64,000 nt of DNA from Lama guanicoe (Eukaryota): contig MU056000.1 in NCBI GenBank assembly GCA_013239625.1, positions 11,049,175-11,113,174 on the forward strand. Direction: 5' to 3'. This document shows positions 10,231 to 23,180 of the stretch, piece by piece. A program made the translations under genes and the position numbers. A model generated the notes under the pieces. The model made no database searches and was not told the DNA's origin. It saw only the letters and a list, made by a program, of their open reading frames with translations. How positions within the stretch are numbered: position 1 is the stretch's first letter; the number at the start of each line of letters is the position of its first letter.

Positions 10231-11350
10231 TGTGTTGGCAAGACCAGTGTGCACTTTCCTCAGATGCATCAGGAAACTGACATTAGTCACCTTGACTGAT
10301 AGCTGATATCAGCTGCAAACGCAATGGAGAGTTTGCATTTAGGATCACCGCATGCTGACAGTGCTCCACCTCAAGCATGTCCAGGGCATCTTTTCTCCTC
10401 CAGGAGCTTAGTCATCTTTTCTTTGGGGCATCATTGCTTCTCTGACACTACAAGGACCTGCTTGGCCAGCTGGCTCATACACATAGCCAAAGTAGAGGTA
10501 AAGTCCTTGAGGGAAATTCCTTAACCAGCAGAGGACTGGGCCAGCAGATAAATAGATGTAATGAGAAAACAATTATTTTGAGTTACTGCCTGGGCATTTT
10601 ACAGAGTGACAAGCTGCTCACACCCAGTGTCTGGACATTTAGATAAGGACCTGAGCTTAGGATCCCCACCCCAAGTTCCTGCGTTGATTTCCTAAGACAC
10701 CTTTTAAAATAACACTTAGAGTGGAGACTGAGAGTGAAAAGTTAGTAACCTCCACATCAGCCAACTGAGAAGTAGTGGGTGCTTGCCTACCAGCCTGCCT
10801 GTATCTCCTACTCCCTCATGATCTGAGACAGAGGACGAGCCTTCCCCCAACTCATTGCCCCGTTCCTGGGATCTGTAAGTAATAAATCTTGTGACTTGAT
10901 GTCTTTTGTGTGAGTGTACTGAAACTGTGCCTTCAATCAAAATGACCCTAGGGTTTTCACTTCATCAAAGTGGGAGCACAGATGTTGAGGGAGTTATTGG
11001 CCAACCCCAGGTGGGTGGCTTGTGCCTCTTCATTCAGCAGGTCATAATCCACATATGCTTAATTTAATACACCAGCTATGGGCCCCCAACACAATGGACA
11101 TGTCTCCCTTCCTTCAGGTGGGCAATTCTGGGATGCATTTTATGCATATATCTTAAAGTATCAGTGGAATCAAACCCCAGTTGCCTACAATGATCAATTT
11201 GATAATGTATTTTTTTTTGTCAAGTTTTCTTCCTTCCCTGTGTCTGTCTCCTCTCTTCTTCACTCATGATTCCTAGGATTTCCTTCCAAATAAAATACCT
11301 GCACACAAGTCCTTGTCTCAGGTTCTGCTTTAGAGGACCTAAGGATAAGA
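10231..11350 (+). mobile_element. ERVL LTR16-like LTR interrupted by a second LTR-like element (~10557-11032)
   Basis: 5' part GCTGACAGTGCTCCACCTCAAGC; 3' end AATAAAATACCTGCACACAAGTCCTTGTCTCAGGTTCTGCTT. The inner piece runs TG..CA and has its own AATAAA at ~10881. Confidence 0.6.
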
Positions 11351-11499
11351 GTGCTCTCTGAAATGGCAAGGACCATACAATTAATGTTGCTGACAGTTGT
11401 ATGACAAATGGACAGTCTTTGGCCAGACTTTCCTAAAAACATTCTAGATTTCATGGATGGAAACAGTAGAAGATTCTACTAAGAAGGAAGAGATTCATA

Positions 11500-13950
11500 G
11501 CTTGGGTTAAAATGGCACACCAACTGCCTGCCAGTGCCTACTTGCCATTCCCACCTCAAACTAGAAATGGTGCAAAACGATTCTTTATAACAATGCTAGA
11601 AAACAAGAAAATGCCATCAAAGGATCAACATTTTTGGAGGAATCCTTGATTAACAGAAGGCAGACAAATTTGTTGGCTCAATAGCCAATGGCACATGCAG
11701 AGAGGTAGGGGCACTTTCACAGAAGCTCTAAGCCCAGAGGAAATGAGTACAGGAAGCAGAAAGGGGAGCTATGGCAATTGCCTGGGTTTTGGTAAACCAT
11801 AGGCACTGCTGAGAAGGTTGGTGCTTCTCTAATTGCTAACTTACATCTAGTGGTGTGTAGACACGACAGAACTCTTTCTTCCTAAGCTAAAGCAGTGAGT
11901 ATCCAGAGAATCAGAGCAGTGCCCAATATGTCCAAGGATACCTGTGACAGATAGACAATAAGGTACTGGCATCCCTAGCAGAATGAGAACCTGCTCCTTC
12001 CATAACAAATGCCAGCAGCAGTGCACAGCATACCCACAGATAGGAGCACAGACAATCTCAAGCAGAAAGGACATAACCAAGAATTATCAAATATTTCAGT
12101 ATATCAGTATGATGAGTCACCAAATTCAGAGAAAAACTAACACTCAAGGAAGCAGAATTATTAGCAAACAGAAGAGGACATGAAAGAAATATAATCATAT
12201 GATAATTTAGCATCTGATAAGAGTGCTATTCAATTTAGGTGATAGGTGGAATACTCAATAAACAGAAAAACATTATTTGACTTGCCTCATATTTACAACA
12301 AAAATAGATTTCATGTGAAATAATAATATTAGGAGAAAACATGGCTAAATATTTTTCCAGTTTGGGCATGAGAGAGACCTTTCTAAGAATGACAAAAATC
12401 CTAGAAACAATGAAGAAAAGTATTAAATAATTGTATTCCAATAAAATTAAAAACAAAGTGAAAAAGTGGAAAAATCTGCAACTCATCTGGCAGAAAAAGA
12501 GCTAATCACTTTACAATATAAAGAGTTCTTACAAATCAATGAGAAATTACTAATAATCCAACAGACAAATAAGCAAAGACTATGTACTGGCAATTAATAG
12601 AAAAAATCCGAATAACTTATAAACCTATGAAAAGATCATCCATAAAATTTACAACTCTCATTTGTAATTACAGAAAAGCAAAATAAACAATGACACCTTT
12701 CCTAACAACTAAATTTATAAAGATCAGAAAATTTATAATATATGGATTTCTTAAGCTACAAGGAAATAGGCAAATTCTTAGTGCAATCTCTTTTGAGGAC
12801 AATTTGGTAATGTTTGTCAACATTAGATGTATATACATTTAGACTTGGCAAATCTATTTCTAAGAATTCATTCTACAACTTATATTCACATGTTGATTGT
12901 AAAAATAGACATGCAGAAATATTTACTACAGCATTGTTTTAATGGCAAAAAACACTGAACAGTCTAATTGTTTATCAATAGAATTAGTAAATAAATGATT
13001 CATGCTGATTCATATGGTGAACTATGAGAATGTATTTTTTAAAAAGATAATTCTGTGTGGATATGGAATTTTATGTAAAATAACAAAAAGAAACAACAAA
13101 AATAGGCATAATTCAGAAGTATATATATTATGTCAATTTTTTCTTTAAAAATTTCTATATACCCACATTCAAATACATGCTTATATATGCATAGAAAATT
13201 TCTGGAACTATATACCCACAAAAAAGAAACTGTTTTTTTTTAATTAAATTTTTTTTTTATTTTTAAGAAACTATTGATAGGATCAGAGGCCTCTGCTAAT
13301 CTTAGCTAAGAGGAAGACTTAATTTTCATTATTTGCTCATTGAAGCCTTTTTGGCTTTTGCTCTTACCATGAGCATAAATTACTTTTTCAATAAATTTTT
13401 AAAAAATAAAGTATCATTGTTAACCTGAGAAAGATAGGATAGGATAAATCAGGAGCAGTTTGCAATGTAAAATCTGTTAGTGATTTTGGAAATGAAAAAA
13501 TATGGTCATTGAAGTGAAAAAAAAAAACTAAAAAGATAGAGGAGACTAAATGTATGGATTAGTTAATAAAGACTGAATTCAGAAGCTAAAACCTTAAGAT
13601 GTGAATGTTCACAGAATATAATGTTAAATAGCACAGAAATAGAAGAAATAAAAGAAAAAATTAAGAGACCTGGAAAATAGATCCAGAAATTCCATTATCT
13701 GTCTAAAAGAAATTCTGGTTTAATAAAAGAATAGATGCAAATGGAAAGGAAAAATTACTCAATTTCATAGAAGAATATTTTCCATGAGTTTTCAGATGAA
13801 AGAACCATTTGAATGCCTAACAGTTTGAAGGAAATAACAGCCACACCTAGACACAATATAGTGGAATTTGAAAACCCAAAATAATAGGGGGAAAAATTAA
13901 AAGCTTCCAAAAAGGATGAAGATATTTAACCTCTGAAGGGACTGTAATTA
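11500..13950 (+). mobile_element. Degenerate ancient L1 fragments (5'/ORF1-like and L1ME-type 3' pieces)
   Basis: A-rich; ACAAATCAATGAGAAA, GGACAATTTGGTAA, CAGCATTGTTT..GGCAAAAAAC, and ORF1-like GAAAATAGATCCAGAAATTCC..CCACACCTAGACAC. Confidence 0.6.
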
Positions 13951-14145
13951 ATTCACAGAAAGGTTTCAGAATACCCAGAAAACTTCAGCATGACACTTCT
14001 GGTGTTCACTCAATAAACATGTGTCAAAAACATAATGTAGAGGGTCAAAACAACAACAGAAACAAAAATACCTTCAAACTAGTCTAGATTTCCCATAAGC
14101 CCTTGTTTTTCCCACAAAGATGATCATTCCTGAACCTCTTTAGAC

Positions 14146-14288
14146 TAAATAGTTGCCAACTCATGGCAAATTCAAATTTTGCTTTTTGGAACTTTCCGAA
14201 AATTTTTTTGTTTATTTGAATATTTTCAATCCAAGATTGGTTGAATCCATAGATGTGGAATCCACAGATATGGATGATCGACTGACTG
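14146..14288. mobile_element. MER2B-like (Tigger-derived) fragment
   Basis: TAAATAGTTGCC..GGCAAATTCAAATTTTGCTTTTTGGAACTTT..GGTTGAATCCATAGATGTGGAATCCACAGATATGGA..GACTG. Confidence 0.75.
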
Positions 14289-14294
14289 TGTATA

Positions 14295-15570
14295 GATATC
14301 CCTGTCCTGGACATTTCATATGAATGAAGTCATGTATATGTGGTCTTTTGTGATTGGCATCTTTCACTTGGCATAATGTGTTCAAGGTCTTTCCATGTTG
14401 TAGCATGTGTCAGTACTTCATTCTTTATTATAGCCCAATAATATTCCAGTGTGTGGATATAACATATTTTATCTATTTGTCAGTTGATGAGATTTAGATT
14501 GTCTCCATCTTTTGGCTGCTATGAATAATGCTGCTATAAGTATTTGTGTCCAAGTTTTCATGTGGGCGTATATCATCATTTCTCTTGGATATATACCCAG
14601 GAGGGGGATTGCTGGGTCATATATATTTAATCTTTTGAGCAACTGCCAGACATTTTCCTAAGGTGGTGGCACCATTTTATGTTCCCACCAACAGTGTATG
14701 AGTGTTCTGATTTTCTCCACATCATTGCTAATAACTTGCTATTGTCTGCCTTTTTTATTCTTGCCACCCTAGAAGATGTGAAGTTGTATTTCATCATGAT
14801 TTTGATTTGCATTTTCTTGATGACTAAAGGCATCAAGCATGTTATGTAGTTATTAGTCATTTGTTTATTTTCCTTGGAGAAATGTCTATTCAGACCTTTT
14901 GCCTATTTTTTATAATTTGGATTTTTTTTCATTATTAAGTTATAAGAGTTCTTTACATATTCTGGATACAAATCTCTTATCAGAGATATGATTTACAAAT
15001 AATTTCTTTCATTCTGTGGATTATTGTTTCACTTTCTGATGATGTCCTTGGAAACACAAAAGTTTTATCATTTTTGTGAAGTCCAGTTTACCTCTTTTTT
15101 TCTTTTGTTGCTTGTGCTTTTGGTAGCATATCCAAGAATCCTTCAAGAATCCAAGAATGGTCAAATGCAACATCATGAAGATTTACCCCTGTTACTCCTA
15201 AGAGATTTATAGTTTTATTTCTTGCATGTAAATCTTTTATACATTTTGAGTAAATTTTTGATTATGGTATGAGGTAAGGGTCCAACTTTACTCTTCTGTG
15301 TGTGACTATTCAGTTGATCCAGTGCCATTTGTTGAAAAGACTACTCTTTCCCAATTGGATGGTCTTGGCATCCTTGCTGAAAATCAGTTGCTTGTAGATA
15401 GGTGGGCTCATTTCTGAAATCTCAGTTCTATTCCATTAATCTACAGAGTAGATTATGTCTATTTTTGTGCAAGTACCATATCATCTTCACTGCTATTGCT
15501 TTATTATAAGCTTTGAAATTGGAAAGTGTGAGTCCACCTCCTTTGCTCTTCTTTTTTTAAGATTGTTTTA
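14295..15570 (-). mobile_element. L1M-type 3' region (ORF2 end and 3' UTR)
   Basis: Antisense L1 motifs: TTTCACTTGGCATAATG, ATGAATAATGCTGCTAT, GATTGCTGGGTCATAT, GGAGAAATGTCTATTCAG, CCATTTGTTGAAAAGACT. Confidence 0.9.
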
Positions 15571-17585
15571 TGTATCTCATTTTGAAAAAATGGTTGTTCT
15601 TTGCTTAAAACCAAAGCACTGGAAAGAAGTAACTCTGTGATGAGAATTTCTGTGTGATACAAGCTCCTACATGCAGATGTGTCAAGGCAAGTTCACGCAC
15701 GTGCGTGCGTATGTGTGTGTGTGTGATAACATAATCATCAAGTGACCTCTCACCACTTTTGCTATATACTGTTGATCAGAAGCAAGTAACAGGTCCCTCC
15801 CACACTCCAGGGGATCAGGTTATTCCGAGCATGAACAGAGAACTGTTCCGGGGTCTGTCTGCCACAACATCAGTGCATTTTTTTTTTCCGTCTATCTAAA
15901 TGTAAACAGCAACAACTTACCCTTTGCCAAATTATCTCTAAATTTAAAACTTTGATGATTTCAGTAGATATCTGGTAACACTAATTAAAATCAGGTGGGT
16001 AGTAAGTGTAGCCCAAACATTTCATTCTGACAAAGCACTTGCAAGCACAAACATAAATATGTGTGCACAGAGACATGTGCACAAACACAAGCCAAATTCC
16101 ATCACCAGTACTATGAATCATCATGGCCCAAATAGTTTAGCAAACAGAGCTCTTCTTTATGCTGAAAAAGTGTATTGAAGGGCAAAAGTCATCTGGATAA
16201 TTTATTCCAACATTTTCCCAAATCCTCCACCAGTTGTCCCACTTTTCCAATTATAATTCTTTTTGCCAAAATGTTTAACTATCCGGGTCAACTGCACATT
16301 TCGCCTTGTCTTATAAAACTAACCTTTATTTGCCATTGTTGATGTCACACTTGAGTCCCATATGTGGGCTGCCCAAGCATGCAGTGCAGAATTTTTAACC
16401 TTCCATTAAAAATGTAACAGAAAATAGTTTTCGTGGCAAGTATTGCAGCTCTAAATGTCTTGCACCCTCTTTTCTGTCGGTTGGAGTGTTTTACACTTCT
16501 TCTCTTTACTAAAATAGCAGAAACATCTGCATCTCCGCCCTCAATCACTACAACACTTTATGAGTCCCAGATTTACAAATAGTATCAGTTACATGCAGTA
16601 AACCTTGTTCTTGGTCTTATTAATTACTTTCCACCAACTTATCCCTCAGGCATTTTGGTAACAAAAGCATGCTGACAATCAACAGTAATGGTTTTAAGTT
16701 AATTATTTGACAAGTAGGTCCCTTTGCAAAAAGTTTCTTGTTAATTATTTAAAGAATCAGTGCCATGGGGAGGCTTTGCTTGTTTGGCTGTAAGTCGTAG
16801 TCATTCGTCTGTAGCTGTTTTTCCTCTTCTCCCTCTACTTCTCTACAGAATTTTTAGAAGTCTAAGACATAGGCATTCTAAGATGCATTAAGTTGTTTTA
16901 ATCTTTTATGTGGCCAATTCACCCCAAGTCTTAAACCAGACTCTGAGCCTAAAGAGTCATTTCTCTGAAACTAGGTAAAAAAGGTAAACATAAACAATAA
17001 GCATATCACATGAAATCTATCTTCACGGATCTCTTAGATTGTATTCTCCTTGTATCTCAGTTTCTGGAAAAGATGATTGATGAATTACTAAATGGATATG
17101 ATCTGAAGTTCACATGGGAAAGAGGTAAATTGGGAAACCTTTTATTCAGAGGTTGTAGGTAAATGATGTGTGAAATTGTTGACAAATTGCCTTCATTAAG
17201 CTTTTGAAGTGGACATTTTTTTCCCATCAATTTGGCTTCTTTTCAAATATGACTGTGCAGAGTTTTAAGACATTCACTGTCAAGTTACAATCTGTAATAA
17301 TGTTTGTCCTTGAAAACCATTTTTCTTGAGAGACGCAGCAGAAAGTTTAAAGTAGGGACCTCTTTGGCAGTCCTTACACAGATAATACTAAATTTCTGAG
17401 CAAAACATGGATTTAAATGCTCTTCTGTTATCCCCCAGATGAACGAAAGGAATAGGGAGGAAATAGGAAGAATTTTTTTGGTCAACTATTGACCTCTCAA
17501 TAACAAAGCCTTTTGACTAGGGCTTCTCATTGACCCTTGAAATTATATTAATTTCATTACAGCTGTCTCTTTTCAGTTCAGTGCC

Positions 17586-17835
17586 ATGTAGTATAGTGGA
17601 CAAGACTGTGGTCTTGTAGACTGACTTTTGGTGGTTGACATCTCAGTTCTGCTACTTTCTAGGGATGGGACTCCAAGCAACCAGCTGATTTCTCTGTGCT
17701 TCAATAGTCTTATCTGTAATGGAAAAATAATATCTCCTTGATAAGATTGTGCTAAAAATGAAAATTTAATGTAAGACTTTATATAAATTACCTAGCCTTT
17801 ACCTGAAACACAATAGACTATCAAGAAATGATAAC
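17586..17835 (+). mobile_element. MIR SINE (a second MIR on the minus strand at ~18160-18275)
   Basis: CAGTTCTGCTACTT..TTCTCTGTGCTTCA..TATCTGTAATGG core; CAGATGAGGAAA..AAGTAACTTG. Confidence 0.6.
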
Positions 17836-19818
17836 ATGTATCATTAATATTTGGAGAATCAGCACAAACCTTAGTCTAAACTTTGAAGACCAAACATTTA
17901 TTCAGGTTCCTGTAGACATCTATGTTTATCTGTAAGTCCATTATTTGAGGAATGCAATTTTTGCTTCTATTTTAGGGATCATTTTTGCTGAGGACAGATA
18001 ATTCTTAATGAGTTTTCTTTTTAATTCAATGATTCTTGCTTCTTAAAAGGCTTGCCTGCAAATCATCTCCTTTCTTCCTCACACAACTCTGCAGTGTGTA
18101 AACAGCTAAGCAGGTAATCAGTGCTCTGAGACTGTTATTGGACAAATGAATGCATAATGGACCCTTGTTTTTCCAGATGAGGAAATCAAATCAGTGAGAG
18201 GCAAAGTAACTTGGTCAATGATATATCCAGCCGAAGTCAGAGCAAAGACTAAGATCCAGAAATCCTGCAGCCCTGTCTCCAGCTGTCTGAAAGTCTTTAT
18301 ATGTCAATAGATACAAACTGGTGTAGGTCCTACACCAAGTAGGTTTATCTGACAGAGCTTGTCCTTCCTGATTTACAATCTGAACATAGAACTTTGACTC
18401 AGATTTTTAAGGAATCTGGTATCGTTTTCCAAAATTGGCTGCGTTTTCCAGTCATCAGTTTTGCCAATGACTATCCTGTAATCTGAGACGTAGGGCTGGA
18501 TGTAGACTGAATCAGCAAGTGAAATATCAACTTGATTTTAATCCACTGTAAAGAAGAGTTGTTTGGTAAATTCCTGTCCATTTCTCATCTTTTGGATCTG
18601 TGCTGAGTTCATGTCTCCTTTTGTGCAGTATTCAGCATGGATCTTATCTTGGGGCTTACGTTTCAATATTGAATTCAGAATTTGAACTCTGCTATTTGGT
18701 TTTGGATGTGTTCTTCAGCGATAAAACTTGCTGTATCTCGGTAGGAGGAGCAGCAGTGGTGGTTGGGAGGTTAGTAACAACCAAGTTCAGGAAAGTCACT
18801 ATTTGACCAATATGGCTATGGTGATCCCATAAATTCTTCTAAATTCAGACATTTGAGTGTCAAAGTGGGCTATAAAGTCCACACTACATGTCCCCTTGGC
18901 TTGAGAGTCAAGGTCAAGAGAGCATTTCTAAAATACAAACCCACCCATAGGGGATGTATTTCTCCTTTGGGCTACCTACCACTTGGAGGATTTCAGAGTA
19001 TTGGTTTGGAAGAAGGAAGGAATTGTAGTGATTCATGAGGGGCCACCAATCTCCAGGCAGTCTAGATGAGAAACAGATCTATTCTAGTGACAGCTAGAGT
19101 TGGAGGCAGAATTACGCATCTCAAAATGCATAATTCTTCATCCATATTCTAGGGAAGCTGAAAAGTATAAAGCCATTTCTATGGACCTACATGTCCCCTA
19201 CTGTCTCATGATGCTTTGGGGAGACTTGTGGTTGAAGTGACTCACAAGGTAACAGTCAGAGTGGAAGAAATGGAATTGTAACCTAATTTATATGTATATA
19301 TATATTTTAATATAAATATAAATTTATACACATATATATGTATATATGTATAAATTTATAAATCCAAGTAATATATAAATAATAATACCAGGACTGACTT
19401 CTCAAAACTGCAAAAAGTATTGACAAGTACACTATACTCTGCATAATGTGTTGGGTGTTACTGTCCCACACGTGCTGGTAACTGCTTTGCTCACCTGGGA
19501 GAGGTCACTCTGTGGCTCTGGAACTCATTTCCTTAGTGTTTACATTCTGTGATGATTGGTACCCTCCTCTTCTTCCACAAATAAGCCTATAAGTGAAGGA
19601 AAAGAGTAACAGTTATTTTCAGAATTTATTTCAACATTAAAGGAATGACTGTTGTCATTAAAACATATGATATAAACACAATTCATATAGACTGGAAAGT
19701 TGTGCTTTCTTTTGGTGCTCAACTCAGACAAGATTAGCATCTGATGAGCTTTTCTCATTGGTTGAATAATTTATATGATAGGAGAAACTTGTATAAATTT
19801 TTAAAATATATTTAAAAT

Positions 19819-19903
19819 AGATGCTATAGAACCAAAACTTTTTTTTCTATTTAGAATTAGATTCTATAGAACCAAAACTTTTTTTTCTATTTAGAATTTG
19901 ATT
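19819..19903. repeat. 40-bp tandem duplication
   Basis: CTATAGAACCAAAACTTTTTTTTCTATTTAGAATT at 19824 and 19864. Confidence 0.95.
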
Positions 19904-22812
19904 TAAAATATTTAAAATGTCTAAAATCAGTTTCAGTCCTACACAACTCTAATACAGATCAAGTGATTTAAAATATTTATGATAAAGAAAATTATTCCAT
20001 CTGCGCTGGGAATTCTTACTGGAATATCACACCAATTTGGACTGAAGCCACTGTGAGATTAATTTCTTCTCTGCTGCTGGAATATAAATGTGTTCTGACA
20101 GCTGCTTTCTGTAACTGAAGTGTACTTATTTGCATGCAGCATCTTCCACTCAATGAAATCATATATATCAGAGGAACTTTGAATGGTTTAAGCAACAAAC
20201 AAAGATTGATTATCATCGCAAATGCCAACTAGGGATTTACTATAAATAACAAAGTATTGGCCAGTGCTTGTTTTGAAATCAACACTGGTAATTTAGAGCT
20301 TTCAGAGAGACAATCATGAATTTTGGAAGAACTTGCTGATGTTAGAGAGAAAAAAAAGAAGAATTATGCAAAGGGAAAAGATGGCTTTGATCAAACACAT
20401 GTTTTTCAGACTTATTAATAATTAACACATCAGACACTCTCTTTTGGATTATATTCCCCTTTCACCATGGCTAAGAGCTGAAAAGAGGAACATTATTATA
20501 GTACTAACATGTCATGAAGGATGTGTAATAATTTAGGCATTTATGCAATATAATTGGAGTCTGAATAGGTGCAGTTAGAGGCTATAATTTAGGAACTGAT
20601 GATGAAAAAAGAGAAGGATTCCAAGTAAGAAGCTGAATTTGTCATCTTTCTTCAGGGATAGTCCCATCTAATTGAGAGGCTACAGACTCAAACAAAAAGT
20701 TTGGAGGTTAGTATAGCTTTAATATAAGTAAAAGGACTAACTGCCCATTAGAAGCAAATAAAGATGAACAAACACTATTAAAACTGAGATTAACTGAGAA
20801 TAAAAATGGTTTATAAACAAAATGATGCTAGATCAAATTCTCACTCTGGTTCTTAGAAATCATATTTTCTTATTTTCCTCTCTTAAGAATTTTACTATTA
20901 GCTGAATGTGTCCTTGGAGAGCCTTCTATTCTACGTAGATCAGTCACCACCAGAAGGCATTTAAGGCAGCATTGGAGAGAGAAGAGTCATGAAGTTGAGG
21001 GTCTGGATGTCAGTATCCCTCTGATAATAATGATCTTTGAGCCCCAAGGAACGTTCTGGAAAGAAAGGAAGAAGCATAAAAGAAGGGAAAGAACTGAAGG
21101 GGAGTCTTTTCCTATGTGTATTCAAGTTGCAAAAGAATTACCCTTAATTAATTGTGAAAGTGTATATTCCCTAAAAACTACCAAGCCTCAGATAAAGGGT
21201 GACAATTATCCATTTGTGAATATTTATAGTGCATTTCCCTGTAGCGAAATGAGGACAGAACAATTTTCTCAACAACCAAAGAAAACGCCGTGAGTGGTAG
21301 AGTAAGGTAAGAATTCGACAAAGGAGAAAGAGAACAATATTAGCAGATTTTGTTGTTTGAAGTCTAGAATACTCTAGAATCCCACTGAACTGAACATTCC
21401 AGGGACTGTCATTGTCCATGGTCAGTATCTACCACACAAATGGTATTTTTGAGTCATTCTTGGGAGAAAAAAAAAGAAGGAAGTTGTTTTGAAGTATTCT
21501 ATCATTTAGTTCTTGCATTTCTGTAAGTAGGAACATGGTGGTAAGCACGAAATTACAGGCTATATTATTCAGAGGTTTTCCTTTTTAATAGAAAATCAGA
21601 CATCCTTGGGCTTTCTGCTGAGAGACTGGAAAGAGAAAAGTTATATCTAATGATCATTAATAGGTATTTTCTTCTCTTCCCCCTTTCCTTTTCCTTCTTT
21701 TCAATTCCTAAGACCTCATTTTAGGAGGCTCAAAAGCACATAATGTGCAGCTTGCCCAATCAAGCATAACAGCATTGAGACTCTGTTCTAAAAGGGCTGC
21801 TGCCACCTGCTTTGTCTGCTCTGGGTACCAGAACCTTGTTTGTGGTTCCCCTGAATCCCCTAAATGCAATTACAGTGGCAGAGGGATCAGGGGTTTTTAA
21901 ACTCCAGACTCCATAAAGGCAAAGAAAAGCATTGAAAATGCCCAGACACCTACAATAGAATAAGAAACATGTATATTTTTACTAAATAGTTACTGTAAAT
22001 AAAATATGAAGCATACACATATAAACTTATCCAACTACAAATGCCATGCAGTTTTCTGTTAACCAACACATGAAGCTGTAAGAGCCTGGGGATTTACTCC
22101 AGCCATGTCATCACCACCCTATGAAGCTATCCTTGTTGTTAACAGTCTTACTTCTCTCAACTTGTATCTGTTCTATCCATTGGTTTTTAGTAAGGAATAT
22201 CTTGATCTTTTTCCAACCATATGGACCTCTTTGGAAAAGCTATTTTCAATGGCTGCATTGTGTCTATCACACAGAAGAGCTAGACTGTGATTTTCTTACT
22301 ACTACTCTCCTTTATCCCTTTGACAATTAATGGTAGATTCTCTTCTATGTACCAAGCATGATGGCACTTGGTTCTTGGCCTCAAGGAGTTCAAAACTGAC
22401 TGGGAGACAGACAAACAAAAACAGTTTAAGGAGAGGGGACACCGACTGAGAGGAAGAGGAGGATACAATGGTGACATTCTGGACTCAATGATCCATCTTC
22501 TTTTCTCGTGACTCAACAAAATAGATTAAATGGAGAGAATCCTCTAGTTTTAGCAACTATTGGGGAGATAATAGAACCAAACTGATATTGTCCTTTTGGG
22601 TGATAAAATCACCCACAGAGCCAAGGCTTATTCCAGCTATACCCTGTTTCTCAACCGTTCTGATTTTCAGATTTTGATAATTCTGGAAGGGAATTTCACC
22701 TTTTGTGTAAATTTTAATCATTTTATGAGGCTTAGCTCCCTACTTATAATATCATTTTTTAAAATAAAAACACACAAATGTAAATATTTTTCAAGCCAAA
22801 GATAATCATATT

Positions 22813-23180
22813 TATTTTTTAATTTTTATTTTTTATTGAGGTATAGTTGATTTACAATGTTTTGGGTATACAGCAAAGTGATCCAGTTATACACACACAT
22901 ATATATATGTATGTATGTATTATTCTTTTCAGATTCTTTTCCATTATAGGTTATTACAAGAGATTGAATATAGTTCCCTGTAGGTCCTTGTTGTTTATCT
23001 ATTTTATGTACAGTAGTGTGTATCTGTTAATCCCAATTCCAGATTTATCCCTCCCTGCCTTTCCCCTTTGGTAACCATAGTTTATTTTCTATGTCTGTGA
23101 GTTTATTTCTATTTTGTAAATATGCTCATTTGTGTCATTATTTTAGATTCCACATATAAGTGATAACATATGATATTTGT
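22813..23180 (-). mobile_element. 5'-truncated L1 3' end with target-site duplication
   Basis: T-rich tail, then ATTGAGGTATAGTTGATTTACAATG..TTAGATTCCACATATAAGTGATA. CAAAGATAAT flanks both sides (22797-22806 and 23181-23190). Confidence 0.88.
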
